Source: Sumerlaeia bacterium (GTDB taxonomy: Bacteria > Sumerlaeota > Sumerlaeia > SLMS01 > JAHLLQ01). Taken from it: a DNA stretch of 64,000 nucleotides. Positions 19,381 through 29,930 of this stretch are shown here, in pieces. The position numbers were made by a program, and so were the translations under genes. The DNA lies in assembly GCA_040219255.1 (NCBI GenBank), contig JAVJSW010000049.1, positions 32,001 to 96,000 on the forward strand, read 5' to 3'. The notes beneath the pieces are model-generated. The model ran no database searches, was not told the DNA's origin, and worked only from the letters and a program-made list of their open reading frames with translations. Numbering within the stretch: the stretch's first letter is position 1; each line of letters opens with the position of its first letter.

Positions 19381-19506
19381 CACAGGCGGTGCCCTCTTCC
19401 GATCCGGGTGTGTGGTCTCGGGCGGCACGAAACGGCAGGGCGGGCGGACGGGACAACGAAAAATTGTAGCGATTTGAAAATTGTAGGGACTTGAGAATCT
19501 CCGCCC

Positions 19507-22005
19507 CTATTCCAGATGGCTCCAATCCTTGATCGCCGTGAAGACCTGCACCGCGACGGCGGGCGAGAAATGGCTGCTGTCGCCGTTCTCGGCCACCGCA
19601 TAGGCTGACAAAACCCGCCCCGCCGCCACCGGCCCAGCCGAAACCGACCAAGTGGCGTCGCCAGCGGGATCCGTGATAGCAGTGGTGGAACCGAGGAAAC
19701 CCTCGCCCGGGCCGTTGCCCGAGGAATGGGCGGCGGCGCTGGAGTAGAGGTAAATCGTGTGGGTGGTGCTGGCGGTCGAGACCAGGGTGCCGCTAAGGAC
19801 CACGGCGGCGTCGTCCGCGGGATCGATGGCCGGGTGGTTTTGCTGGTTGTTCGGCCCCGTGTCCACATCCAGGGCATCGTTGGCGACAAGCGCCCCGGCG
19901 AAGCTGATGGGAAAGCGGCAGTTGGCGCTGAAGACATTCTGGCCGATTGCGACGCCCGCCGCGCCGGAGTCGATCAGGATGTGGTCTTCGGTGCTGTGGA
20001 CGAAGGTGTTGAGAGAAACGCTGGTGCTGCCGGAGACGGCGAGGGCGCTGCCGCCATTGGGCAACGTGGCGGTGGTGGCTTCGTTCGAGCCGAAGACGTT
20101 GTTCGAGGCGATGGCGCCGGGGCTCGAGTCGATTTCGACGCCGGCGCCGCCGTTGGCCGCGATCGCGTTGCCGGTGATGGTGGAGGTGGTGGCGGTGCTA
20201 TTGACGCGGACACCCGCCAGGCCATTGCCTCGGTCCAGGTTTCCGGTGATGTCGGTGCCGATGAAGTTTCCGGAGATGACCGTGGACGGGCCCTGATTGA
20301 GGAGACCGTGCTGGTTGTTGCCCGAGATGACGTTGCGGTCCGCCGCGGAGGCCGAACCGATGATCGTTCCGGAAGCGGAGGCGGCGACAAGTATCCCGTA
20401 GAATCCGTTGGCGAGAACGGTCGATCCGTCCGCGCCCAGGCCAATCAGGTTGCCGTGGATTTGCGAGCTGTTTCCGGTGACCTCGATACCGAGAAGGGAG
20501 AACCCGCCGACCACGTTGTCGCGGATGGTGACATTGTCGCCGCTCGAACGGATCCCGCGAGTGCCAGCCGTCGCGTCCACAAGACCCGTGATGTCTGTTC
20601 CGATGTAGTTGCCTTGAACCACGACGTTATCGGCGTCGTTCTCGATACCATGGCCTCCGTTGGCGCCGAACACGTTGCGGTCGGCGGGGGCGCCGGTGCC
20701 GATGGTGGCGGACGTCACGAAGGAAACCAGATCGATCCCATCCGAACCGTTCGCCAGCATGGTGGTCCCATCGGAGGCGAGCCCGAACCAGTTGCCATGG
20801 ATTTGAGCACCGGACCCGGCTAACGCGACGCCATCGCCCGCGTTGCCCGAGATCAGGTTGTCCCGCAGGAGAACGTTCGTGCCGCCGATGTAGAGGCCGT
20901 AGGGGCTGTTTGGCCGGGCCAGGGTGCCCGTGGCATCCGTCCCGATGAAGTTGCCCTGGACCGTGGCGCTCGGGCTATCCACCCGGACGCCAGTCCCCGC
21001 GTTACCCGAGACCACATTGCGATCGGCCGCGGACGGGCCGCCGATGACCAGCCCGTTCGCCAGCGAATTCGAATCGATGCCCTCGGCTCCGTTGGCGATC
21101 ACCGTCGATCCGTCCGCCCCCAGACCAATGATGTTGCCGACGACCTGAACGTTGTCACCGGCGCTGACGAGGCCGTTCTCCGCGTTGCCGGAAATGACGT
21201 TGCCGCGTAGTGTGACACTGGTTACCGCACCGGAGATGGAAACGCCAGAGACCGCGTTCCCCCGATCCAGGAGCCCGGTCGCATCCGTTCCGATGTAGTT
21301 CCCCTCGATCAGGATGTCCGACCCCCCTGACAGGAGAATCCCGTGACCTTGGCTGGAATTGGTCGAACTGGCGAAGACATTGCGTTCCGACGGATCGGCT
21401 CCGCCGATCGTGAAATTCGAACCGCCGAAAATCGCGAGCGCATTGAAATTGCCGTCCACGGTCGAGCCGTCGCTCTCCAGCCCAAAAATGTTCGATTGGA
21501 TGATCGTGCCGGTGCCGCCGGAGATGGAGAGTCCGCGAACGCCCGCGTTACGGATGATGTTCCCTTTGCCGGGCGCACCGATGATGTTGTTGTCGCCGGT
21601 CATGCTGAGACCAGAACTGGACGAACCCAGGAGGTCCATACCGTAGAGTTCGGAATTGTCCGCCGAACTATTGAAGTCGAAAATGGGGGACCCGATGTCA
21701 AAGGTGTCTCCATCCACAAGAACGTGACTGGCGTTCACCGACCCATCGATTCTCAGTTGCTCGTTAATAACCTGAAGCGCCGATTCGAGAACGATCTGCG
21801 TCACGGAACCGTCGAACTCGATCATATCCGGACCCGCGTTGCTATTGGCCAAAGCGATGGCTTCCCTCAGTGTGCCAGCCCCCGCATCCGCGTCGCTCGT
21901 TACGGTAAAGAGTGCCGCCGGAGCGGCCGTCGCCCCCATGAGGATGAGCGCGACTCCGGCGCAAAAAGGCAAGCGATGGGGAAGATTGGGAGACAATATA
22001 GACAT
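19507..22005 (-). CDS. Secreted parallel beta-helix repeat protein
   Basis: Signal peptide; DAGAGTLREAI; repeated GN(Y/F)IGTD.TG, GNxIGLGADG and DRNVISGN; ends TAIKDWSHLE. Confidence 0.85.
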   Translation of the reverse strand: MSILSPNLPHRLPFCAGVALILMGATAAPAALFTVTSDADAGAGTLREAIALANSNAGPDMIEFDGSVTQIVLESALQVINEQLRIDGSVNASHVLVDGDTFDIGSPIFDFNSSADNSELYGMDLLGSSSSGLSMTGDNNIIGAPGKGNIIRNAGVRGLSISGGTGTIIQSNIFGLESDGSTVDGNFNALAIFGGSNFTIGGADPSERNVFASSTNSSQGHGILLSGGSDILIEGNYIGTDATGLLDRGNAVSGVSISGAVTSVTLRGNVISGNAENGLVSAGDNVQVVGNIIGLGADGSTVIANGAEGIDSNSLANGLVIGGPSAADRNVVSGNAGTGVRVDSPSATVQGNFIGTDATGTLARPNSPYGLYIGGTNVLLRDNLISGNAGDGVALAGSGAQIHGNWFGLASDGTTMLANGSDGIDLVSFVTSATIGTGAPADRNVFGANGGHGIENDADNVVVQGNYIGTDITGLVDATAGTRGIRSSGDNVTIRDNVVGGFSLLGIEVTGNSSQIHGNLIGLGADGSTVLANGFYGILVAASASGTIIGSASAADRNVISGNNQHGLLNQGPSTVISGNFIGTDITGNLDRGNGLAGVRVNSTATTSTITGNAIAANGGAGVEIDSSPGAIASNNVFGSNEATTATLPNGGSALAVSGSTSVSLNTFVHSTEDHILIDSGAAGVAIGQNVFSANCRFPISFAGALVANDALDVDTGPNNQQNHPAIDPADDAAVVLSGTLVSTASTTHTIYLYSSAAAHSSGNGPGEGFLGSTTAITDPAGDATWSVSAGPVAAGRVLSAYAVAENGDSSHFSPAVAVQVFTAIKDWSHLE

Positions 22006-22234
22006 GGTCGATCACCGGGAAGAAGAGAATTCGTCTGCGACAAATCGCGGGCTCAGCGGCTCAGCGTGGAGGCGCTCTCACAGCACGGGAAATGTGGGGA
22101 CAGAATCCAAGAGGAACGATTGCCAGATCATGGCAAGCGGTTTCTCACCGGCGGCCGGACCGTGGGGCAGGGATAGGTGATACGTAAAGACAGTCTATCC
22201 AACCGTGTAACGCCCCTAGAGTCGGGAGAGCATC

Positions 22235-23050
22235 CTATTGCGCCATGGAACCGCCGCGCGGAGTTGTCGGCGAAGTGCGCACGTAAATACCCGACCGATA
22301 GTAGGGGCGGTCGTAGCGGAAGGAGCGCGAATCCCAGTTCTTCCGGGCCTTGTCCTGCCACTCCATGCGCGAGGAGCGGTTGCCTTGGTTCGAGGGGATG
22401 CCGCTGCGGTACTTCTGCCGGCGTTCGTAGTCATCGTAGCTCGTCCAGGAGGTCGAGGTACGCTTTGGCGGGCTGGTCGAAATCAAGTAATAATCGATGA
22501 AGTCTTGGGGCGGCGCGGGAGGTATCTCCGCCAACTCACCGATCACTGCGTGGTCTTGATAAGCCTCGCTCACCTGCGCCGCCTTCTCGTTCCAGACCAG
22601 CCACCCGCCCACATACTCGTTCGACTTGGTGGACGCCTTGGCAAGCGCCTCCAGCGCCACCGCCTCGTTGTTGAGCATCTCGACCAGAATTCGGGCCGTT
22701 TCCGCCGCCGACTCCACCAGGTCGGCGTCGTCCAGGCGCAGCACATCGCCGCCGGTGTCTTCGCCACTGAGCGAGGCATCGTCCAGGCGGATTGGATTCT
22801 CGCGAGCCGGCGCCGCCTCGGCCGCGTCGGCGGTTATGCGAATGGGTTCCGTCTGGGGCGGCGATGCCTTGCCGGCGGGTTTCCGCACGGTCGCCGAGGG
22901 CCGCTGCGGGGCCTGGCGCTCGACCGTTCGCTGCGGGCCGGCCGCCGTGGGCGCGGGCCCTGGCGACGATCCCCGCGACGCGCAAGACGCCACCAGAATC
23001 AGAAGCGAGCAAACGAGCGGCAGCGAACGCAATCCCGGCATCACGGACAT
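22235..23050 (-). CDS. Hypothetical lipoprotein, paralog of 26029..26757
   Basis: Lipobox LVASC; shared core LEALA...YV..WL.W...PAPP.D. Confidence 0.65.
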   Translation of the reverse strand: MSVMPGLRSLPLVCSLLILVASCASRGSSPGPAPTAAGPQRTVERQAPQRPSATVRKPAGKASPPQTEPIRITADAAEAAPARENPIRLDDASLSGEDTGGDVLRLDDADLVESAAETARILVEMLNNEAVALEALAKASTKSNEYVGGWLVWNEKAAQVSEAYQDHAVIGELAEIPPAPPQDFIDYYLISTSPPKRTSTSWTSYDDYERRQKYRSGIPSNQGNRSSRMEWQDKARKNWDSRSFRYDRPYYRSGIYVRTSPTTPRGGSMAQ

Positions 23051-23200
23051 CTCCAGTCCATTTCTTTTGAGCTAAAGCTGCCTTTGTATAAGCCCGCGGC
23101 GGAGGGAAAACAAGCGTTATTGTCGCGGCACGCGATTCGGCCGCTGGCTAATCCTTGGTGCCGTCGTCACAAGGGGGGCGAAAAAGGAGGGAAAGAGCGC

Positions 23201-24208
23201 CTACTTCGTATCTGAACGAGTTCGGACGACAAAGGCTTCGACGGGAATTTCCAAGGTCTCGCCCGTTGTGAACTCGACGGTCAGCAAGTCGTGGTAAGAA
23301 CCGGGCGAGACATGCGAGGAATCCAATGTAACATTTATCACCGCTCCAGACGTTGAGGGCAAGAAGTTGCCGAATGTGCCGAAGGGGAAGGAAGTTTTGC
23401 TGACGATGACAGCCTGGGAGGTGTCGACAGCTTCAACCCGCACGCTCCTTTTCTCAGACTTGTCGCCCTTTATGATGGTACCGAAGGAGAGTGTGTCGGG
23501 ATCGATGTCAAACTTGTCTGCCGATTTAAATCCGATGGGGAGAACAGCTTCTTGCTCTCCCGTCAGGGGAATAGTGATGGCGGTTTGAGTCTTGGATTCC
23601 GGCATGAAATCCGGAGTGACGGTGACTTCATATTGGCGCGAGTCTCGGGCGAGTCCAACATCCATAAATTCAACCCTAAATCCCTCCTTCTGTCGCGCCG
23701 CAGCTTGAATCTGAAAGCGCTTATGGTCCACGTCCAATTCCCGGGGAAGCGTGAGGATTGTGGATTTGCTAGCCTCTCTAAACTCGCCGTCGGTCATGTG
23801 GAACCAAAGGAAGGGTGGGTGAAAAAGTTGGACCAAGCCGACTTGAACGCCGTAGTGCAATTCTAGCGAGTCGGCGAACCGCAGGAATGCACCGGTCCCG
23901 AACGACCCCCTCCGTCCTGTGGTATCGATCACAAGAGGAATTTCCAAAGATGTTCCAGGCTCGATAACGGCGGGAAGATTCTGGGTCGAAGTCGAACATT
24001 GGCAGGAAATTTGTATCGACACAAGTGTAACGGCCTGATCTGTCTCATTTACCACATGGACCACGTCGTCGATGATTTCGCCGGGAAAGACGTTGGAGTG
24101 TACGCTGTCGGACGAGTGAAGCCGCACTCCGTCGCCGAAGACTGGCCTGCTCGTAAGCAAAACTGCCGTCAAGACCGTAAGTAAAAATTTCAAATATGAT
24201 AAGACCAT
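23201..24208 (-). CDS. DUF1573-domain (Ig-like) exported protein
   Basis: Signal peptide; N.TDQAVTLVSIQISCQCST...IEPG is the DUF1573 SCxC motif; lower GC than flanks. Confidence 0.75.
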   Translation of the reverse strand: MVLSYLKFLLTVLTAVLLTSRPVFGDGVRLHSSDSVHSNVFPGEIIDDVVHVVNETDQAVTLVSIQISCQCSTSTQNLPAVIEPGTSLEIPLVIDTTGRRGSFGTGAFLRFADSLELHYGVQVGLVQLFHPPFLWFHMTDGEFREASKSTILTLPRELDVDHKRFQIQAAARQKEGFRVEFMDVGLARDSRQYEVTVTPDFMPESKTQTAITIPLTGEQEAVLPIGFKSADKFDIDPDTLSFGTIIKGDKSEKRSVRVEAVDTSQAVIVSKTSFPFGTFGNFLPSTSGAVINVTLDSSHVSPGSYHDLLTVEFTTGETLEIPVEAFVVRTRSDTK

Positions 24209-24211
24209 CGG

Positions 24212-25519
24212 TTAGCCACGCCGCCTGAGGGCAAAAAGAAAGGTGAGTGCCAATGCAGCCGCGCCGATTCCCAGAGGTAATCCGAGGCGCAACCGCTGGG
24301 TGGGAACGGGCGCTTCGGTTGGGAGAAGATCGGCAGGCGTGGGCAAGGAGTCGGCGGAAAGTCCAGTGCGCGTCGCCGAGGCGATACCACCCGGTTCCGG
24401 ACTTTCTTCATCGTTCCATTCTTGGGTTCGTCCGACGCTCAGCAAAGCGACATCATCAGCCGACAAGGGGTCCTGGGGGAGACCGGAAAAATGAACATCC
24501 CGGACGAAATCGCTGACACGCGCGAAAGGATCGGGCGAAATTTCAAAAGCGTGTTCGTCGGAAAAGGCGGCATTAAGTTCGATCGAAACAGGCCGATACG
24601 ATTGCACGGATCGTACTCCGCCCTCCATGTCGAAACCGACAACATCGACCTGCGTCGGCAGCCAATAGCCATCGAGTTTTCTGTAGTCTTTGACATCAAC
24701 CATCTCGACAACGACGCCTTGGTAGGTGGCAACGCTGCGGGATAAGAGAAAACCGTGGCGAACGCTTAGGTCCGTTGTAACGGTATAGGGTTCTTGTTGA
24801 CGAGACAATCTCAAAATTGGATTTCCGTTTTCACCGACAGCATCGCTGATACTCGTATCGCCCACCAGGACATGAGCGGGTTTGGGGCGAGCTGTCAAAT
24901 AGGCGAGTTCCTGGGAAAAATCGAATGGCGATGAGAACATCACCACCTTGTTGCGAGACCTGTCCCACTGGGTTTTCTCACCCCCGTCATAGATCTCCGT
25001 TTCGTCGTGAACGAAGTTATTCTTCACGTGTGAGAAAAAGGGATGGGTTTCGGAAATGATTTCCTCGAGCGCTCGATCCTGTTTCCTGTCGAGCCGAAAA
25101 CGGTTTTCCCGGAGATCAAACGTCAGGATTTGTTCTCCCGAGAACCCGTTGAGGACACGATGCGCTTCCGACCAGGAGGTGAGATCGCTCAATGCACTCT
25201 CCCACATCGCGAGTGCGGGAACAGAGCGGTCTGGATTTGCCTGAGCTACCCGCTTGGCGTCCTCATAGGCCTTTTCCACATATTCTCTGCGATCCTCAAC
25301 AATCGCGCCGATGTCACGATGGTCCTCTTTCAAGAATTGGTAAACAACGCGGCCGGAGCGAATTTCGTTCGAATTTTTCTGCAAGATCGACGAACATTCG
25401 GCCAAACTAATCGACGCGCACCAACCCATCGAAGAAGGGTGGATAAACCAGCAGGCGATCAGAAGTGCCGTCGGGAAGAATACTCTTCCGCGAGAAAATG
25501 CTGTCATGGGAAAGGCCAT
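24212..25519 (-). CDS. Exported protein with LolA/MucB-like beta fold and C-terminal TM anchor
   Basis: Signal peptide; YDGGEK; DYRKLDGYWLPTQV...IELNAAFSD; C-terminal LGIGAAALALTFLFALRRRG; fold is inferred. Confidence 0.6.
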   Translation of the reverse strand: MAFPMTAFSRGRVFFPTALLIACWFIHPSSMGWCASISLAECSSILQKNSNEIRSGRVVYQFLKEDHRDIGAIVEDRREYVEKAYEDAKRVAQANPDRSVPALAMWESALSDLTSWSEAHRVLNGFSGEQILTFDLRENRFRLDRKQDRALEEIISETHPFFSHVKNNFVHDETEIYDGGEKTQWDRSRNKVVMFSSPFDFSQELAYLTARPKPAHVLVGDTSISDAVGENGNPILRLSRQQEPYTVTTDLSVRHGFLLSRSVATYQGVVVEMVDVKDYRKLDGYWLPTQVDVVGFDMEGGVRSVQSYRPVSIELNAAFSDEHAFEISPDPFARVSDFVRDVHFSGLPQDPLSADDVALLSVGRTQEWNDEESPEPGGIASATRTGLSADSLPTPADLLPTEAPVPTQRLRLGLPLGIGAAALALTFLFALRRRG

Positions 25520-25545
25520 TGATTCCTGGAAGTCGGGTGGTGGTT

Positions 25546-25911
25546 TTAGAAGCAGCCGCAAACGCCGACCGGCCCTGTGACGCTTCTTGTTCCATGGGTG
25601 CCGCAGTTGGTGATGCAGATGTTGCCAGAGCAGATCGGTTCGATCGCAATCACACCGAGGTCGTCCCCTTCGAGTTGGCAGGATTCGCCACAGGGACAAT
25701 TCTGCCCAGGCGTGGAGTTACATTCCCAATCGTAAGTCAGGGAGGAGTCTTGACGGCAAGTGGGAGGCACAAGTCCGCCGCAACCGCATTGCGCTTCCCC
25801 GGATGGGTTTCCACTCATTGTGCATTGGGCCTCAAGATCGCCCGCTGGGATCGAGAGCAGCCCGACCGTCAAGATCGCGGCAGCGATAGCGCTGCGGCTG
25901 GAAAGCCTCAT
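25546..25911 (-). CDS. Small secreted cysteine-rich protein (13 Cys)
   Basis: Signal peptide MRLSSRSAIAAAILTVGLL...LEA|Q; about 93-aa mature part with CxC motifs, ending VCGCF. Confidence 0.7.
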   Translation of the reverse strand: MRLSSRSAIAAAILTVGLLSIPAGDLEAQCTMSGNPSGEAQCGCGGLVPPTCRQDSSLTYDWECNSTPGQNCPCGESCQLEGDDLGVIAIEPICSGNICITNCGTHGTRSVTGPVGVCGCF

Positions 25912-26028
25912 GGTAGGTAGCATTAATTATCGACAACCTTTGCTGTGGAGTTCAGCTTGTTTGGATCGAGGGACGGGGGGGGCAACAAGAAAGACAAGCG
26001 ACCTCCACTCGGCGCTTCCAGCCCCGAG

Positions 26029-26757
26029 TCATAGCCCGTCTGTTGAATCCGCCGGATCCACATAATGATTCGGAATCAGCACCCGCGGGTCGCGGCCTGT
26101 GCTCAGGTAATAGTCGATCAGGCGCTCGTAGCGGAAATTCGTCTGCTGATTCAGGAAATCGATTTCCCGGCGCGTCGGCGTGCGTTCTCCCTGGGCGGCG
26201 CGCTCCGCTTCAGCCCGCGACCGGTAGGGCGAGATTTGCGCGGGGTCCCTGGCGGGTTCGGCTTCGCGCTCCGCCGCCGCCTCGCGCTCGGCCCGCTCCC
26301 TCGCCGCCAGGAAGGCCTCCAGAAGGTCGCGGCTCGGCGGCGCCGGAGCCTTGCGCGGCGCGGCGTTCCCGCCCGACTCAGCCGCCTCTTCCAGCGATGC
26401 CGCCTCGCGGAACGCGTCCTGCCAATCGAGCCATAACTCCACGTAGGCGAACGTCTCCGCCTGCTCCTTCCCCGCCAACGCCTCCAGCCGAGCGGCCAGA
26501 CGTTCCAGCTTTTCCGCCAGGACATCGCGCCGGGTAAGCGCCTCGCCGCCCTCGCCGGGCCCCTCCGCCCGAATGACCACCGGCCCGTCGCCCTCGGGCA
26601 CCACGGGCGCGGCCTCGCTCTCCGTGGCAAACCGGACGATGTAGGACTCGGGCGCCTGGTCCTCGGCGGCGGGCGCGGCGCTCGAAGAAACGGCGGCGCA
26701 GAACAGACACAGTCCAAGCAGCGGGCGGATTTTCCATCGGTCGGTCATTTTCGGCAT
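26029..26757 (-). CDS. Hypothetical exported protein, paralog of 22235..23050
   Basis: AAGGAG RBS before ATG 26757; signal peptide; LEALA...YVELWLDWQD...PAPPSRD...IDYYLST. Confidence 0.65.
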   Translation of the reverse strand: MPKMTDRWKIRPLLGLCLFCAAVSSSAAPAAEDQAPESYIVRFATESEAAPVVPEGDGPVVIRAEGPGEGGEALTRRDVLAEKLERLAARLEALAGKEQAETFAYVELWLDWQDAFREAASLEEAAESGGNAAPRKAPAPPSRDLLEAFLAARERAEREAAAEREAEPARDPAQISPYRSRAEAERAAQGERTPTRREIDFLNQQTNFRYERLIDYYLSTGRDPRVLIPNHYVDPADSTDGL

Positions 26758-26962
26758 CGTCTCCTTGCCCCGGGAATCCATGCGTGGGAACGATACAACT
26801 TCCCCCGAACATTTGCCAAGCAAGGATTGGCCAACTTCTACACATCGCCTTCTCCTTTACTCGCAACGTCGATCTTTTTTTTTGCCCTGGATTTTCCTCT
26901 TGCGTCCCCTGATTGGAACACCGCAGCGTCGCCCCCGCATCAAACCTTTTGGAGTTCCACCC

Positions 26963-28834
26963 ATGGGAAATCCCCATCTCCCGCTTGGCCGCCTCCCGCT
27001 TGGCCTCTGTCTGCTCGCCGGGCTGGCTCTCGCGCCCGGCCTGCGCGCAGCCGAGCCACCGGCCGACTACAAAGCCGCGCTGACGCTGCATCAGCAAAAA
27101 GACTACGCCGCCGCCCACGACGCCTTCGCCGCCTGGGCCAAAGCCAACCCGGCGAACCCGTGGCGCCCCAATGCCGAATTCCTCTCCATCAAATCGCTCT
27201 ATGAAGCCGGCGACTACGACGCCTTTCTGGCCGCTGTCGAAGCGCTGAAGGCGAAAGCCCCCACCCACCCTTCGCTCGACGATCTGACCTACCTGTCGGG
27301 CCGGGCGCTGGAGGAGAGCGGCCGCTGGCGCGAGGCCAAGTTCCTCTACCGCGATTTCGCCAGGGCCTATCCCGAATCGCCCTACAACGCCGAAATCGCC
27401 AAGCGCGAACCCTACACGAAGTTCCATACCTTCCTTCGCGTTTATGAGATTGAGAAGGATTGGGAGCGAGCCCGGATCAATTTCCAGGTCTATGCCATCG
27501 ACCGGTCGAACCCGCCCCACCTGCGCGAAGCGGCCCAGTTCTATGCCGTCAAAGCGCTGGAAAGCATGAAGGACTACAAAGCCTTCGAGCGAGAAGCCAA
27601 GGCCCTCTGCGCGGAAAACCCCGCCCATCCGTCCTGCGACGACCTCGCGCTGATGCTGGCCTACATCAAGACCAAGGACTTTGATTACGAGGGCGCGGTG
27701 CTGGCCTATCAGGACTTCCTGGCCCAGTACCCCGATTCGCCGCTCGCCGCCAAGGCCCGCGAGCACATCGCCGAATTCGGCATCCTCACCGGCCCCGGCC
27801 TGCCTCCAACGGACCTGACCGAAGCCGAGCGCCGCGAGCGGATTTCGCTCAACGTCTGGTGGCTCAACGATCTACGGGCCCAGGGCAAGGACCTGCCCTT
27901 CGCCGCCACGGCCCGGTCCTTCGCCAAGAAGCAACCCGGCCACGCCGACGCGCCCGAGCTGGCGCTGAAGGCCCTGCGCCGCGCCAAGGTGAAGCATAAG
28001 GACGACTTCGCCGACACCTTCGCCCTGGAACTCGCCGAATCCCCCCTCGCCAGCCGCGTCACTTGGCTCGGCGGCCGCACCGGTCAGACCGAAGCCCAAG
28101 CCAAAGAGACCTTCAACGCCGTCCGCGACCGCATGAAACGCACCGGCAACGCCCAGGAAGCGATGCTCGAATACAGCGACTTCCTGACTGCATACGGCAA
28201 CAACTGGCGCGCCCCCATGGCCAAACTCGAAATGGCCAGCCTCTGCGTCGGCATGGGCGACCGCCACGGGTTCAACCTCCTCAAAGCCGAACTCGAAGGC
28301 CACCTCGAACCCGAGCAAGCGGACCGCCTGCGGGTTTATGAAAGCTGCTTCCTCTTGGAAAGCGGGCAGAAGGGCAAGGCGAAGCGGATTCTCGAGGAAG
28401 TTTCCGCGCGCAATCCTAGCACAGCAATTTACGAGCATTTTGTCAGAGAAGTGTTTGAGGATTGGGTTGCTACAAAGAATGTCGGCGCGATTCGCCGATT
28501 CGCGCCCCATATGGACAAACTCTACACATCTAGTGAACTCGAGTGGGGTTTCGCTTCTCGGTATCTCGGCGTCGCTGCATACCAGTCTGGTAAATACGCA
28601 GAGGCAGCCCGTCAGTTGCAGGTGGTTTGGAACGAGGCGACGCTGAAAGGTGAGGAGGCAGATCGTCAAAAACTCTTCACCGCGTGGTGGCTTGCTGGCG
28701 TTTACCGAATGATCGGCGACGACGAAATGGTGAATTATTGGGTACGAAGGGTCGAGCGCGAAGTGCCGCCTTCACGCGTTCGGACGGATATGTTCAAAAT
28801 GTTTGCCTATGAGGTTTCGCTCGATGAAATTTAG
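26963..28834 (+). CDS. Exported TPR protein (BamD/YfiO-like repeats)
   Basis: Signal peptide; duplicated repeats HPS.DDL...Y.DF...YP(E/D)SP; base composition shifts near 28340. Confidence 0.8.
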   Translation: MGNPHLPLGRLPLGLCLLAGLALAPGLRAAEPPADYKAALTLHQQKDYAAAHDAFAAWAKANPANPWRPNAEFLSIKSLYEAGDYDAFLAAVEALKAKAPTHPSLDDLTYLSGRALEESGRWREAKFLYRDFARAYPESPYNAEIAKREPYTKFHTFLRVYEIEKDWERARINFQVYAIDRSNPPHLREAAQFYAVKALESMKDYKAFEREAKALCAENPAHPSCDDLALMLAYIKTKDFDYEGAVLAYQDFLAQYPDSPLAAKAREHIAEFGILTGPGLPPTDLTEAERRERISLNVWWLNDLRAQGKDLPFAATARSFAKKQPGHADAPELALKALRRAKVKHKDDFADTFALELAESPLASRVTWLGGRTGQTEAQAKETFNAVRDRMKRTGNAQEAMLEYSDFLTAYGNNWRAPMAKLEMASLCVGMGDRHGFNLLKAELEGHLEPEQADRLRVYESCFLLESGQKGKAKRILEEVSARNPSTAIYEHFVREVFEDWVATKNVGAIRRFAPHMDKLYTSSELEWGFASRYLGVAAYQSGKYAEAARQLQVVWNEATLKGEEADRQKLFTAWWLAGVYRMIGDDEMVNYWVRRVEREVPPSRVRTDMFKMFAYEVSLDEI

Positions 28835-29930
28835 TGTTGTATTTCGTTATCTTTGCTTGGGTGTTGCCATTGCTGGGGTGGCCTCAGTCTTCGCCGGAGA
28901 AGGTAATCCGAGTATTCCTACGAGTTGCTTGCCCCAGGAAAGCATTTGCTATGGGGATCCGAACGACCCGCAACCATGTCCGGCTAACTCGGGAAACCCA
29001 AATCCAGACGTATGTACGGGAACGTCAAATGGACTGACCGTCGACTGGCATTGGTACCAAATCTGTGTTGAACGTGAACTCTGTGTAGGTGACAAGATTG
29101 ATGAATCCGTCATCCGTATCAACGGGTTGCAGCATCCAACAGTACTCCCGGTTCAGTACAGCCCGTCAGTGGTTACCGAGGCAGGAGTTATTGCTGTGAA
29201 TGTCAGCTTTGCCTACCCTTGCTGTAGAAACTACGACTTCGGGTGTTGGGGTGACCCGGTCGGAGTGACCCGGACGGTGTTTATCAAGGTTCATGAATAC
29301 GTCAGGAATGGTGATGTGGTTCCGCGTGGAGGTATGCGACGAATTGCGGCCGTCATGGGCATAGATTCGAGTAATAATTTGCATAATCACGACTATCGCC
29401 ATGCGCCCGCACCAAGAAAAGATGTTACTGGCTTCGATTATGGTAAGACCGCATCTACTATTGCTAACGACCTATGCTTTGTAGACGTTACCGCGAACTA
29501 TTATACCAATGCTTTTTGTCAATACACATTGACGGTAAGTAAGGGTGCTGTTGCTGGGAGTTACGCGATCGCGAGCGTTGGGGCGGAGTTGTCCTCGCCA
29601 AATGGAAGTAAAAACAAGGGGTACGGAGTAACTACGGAAAACGAAGCACTAAGCGTAACTTTTATTTTTGGGACACTTTTGGAAGTGTCTTGTAGTCCCG
29701 TAGGGAATACTCACACCGCGGATGGAAACTTCACATTGGCTATATCGGACGAAGAGCAGAAAAACCCGCACGAACCCAAGAAGACCCACGATATCACAGA
29801 CCCAACCGACTTGACGGTCGAAGCACAGGCTAGGATTAATCTTAGCTTTTCCATGGCAGACGCCTATATATTGGGTTCAATTAGCGAGAGCGCACCAGAC
29901 TCAGGCAAAGTTTTTGATTGGGGGAACTAA
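28824..29930 (+). CDS. Secreted Cys-rich hypothetical protein (low GC)
   Basis: Signal peptide MKFSVVFRYLCLGVAIAGVASVFA; about 12 Cys in the mature part, concentrated N-terminally; overlaps the TPR stop. Confidence 0.7.
   Translation: MKFSVVFRYLCLGVAIAGVASVFAGEGNPSIPTSCLPQESICYGDPNDPQPCPANSGNPNPDVCTGTSNGLTVDWHWYQICVERELCVGDKIDESVIRINGLQHPTVLPVQYSPSVVTEAGVIAVNVSFAYPCCRNYDFGCWGDPVGVTRTVFIKVHEYVRNGDVVPRGGMRRIAAVMGIDSSNNLHNHDYRHAPAPRKDVTGFDYGKTASTIANDLCFVDVTANYYTNAFCQYTLTVSKGAVAGSYAIASVGAELSSPNGSKNKGYGVTTENEALSVTFIFGTLLEVSCSPVGNTHTADGNFTLAISDEEQKNPHEPKKTHDITDPTDLTVEAQARINLSFSMADAYILGSISESAPDSGKVFDWGN

Noticed and set aside
28824-29930. C-terminal VFDWGN as another example of the Trp tail
   Set aside because: Different spacing and low-GC origin; may be coincidental
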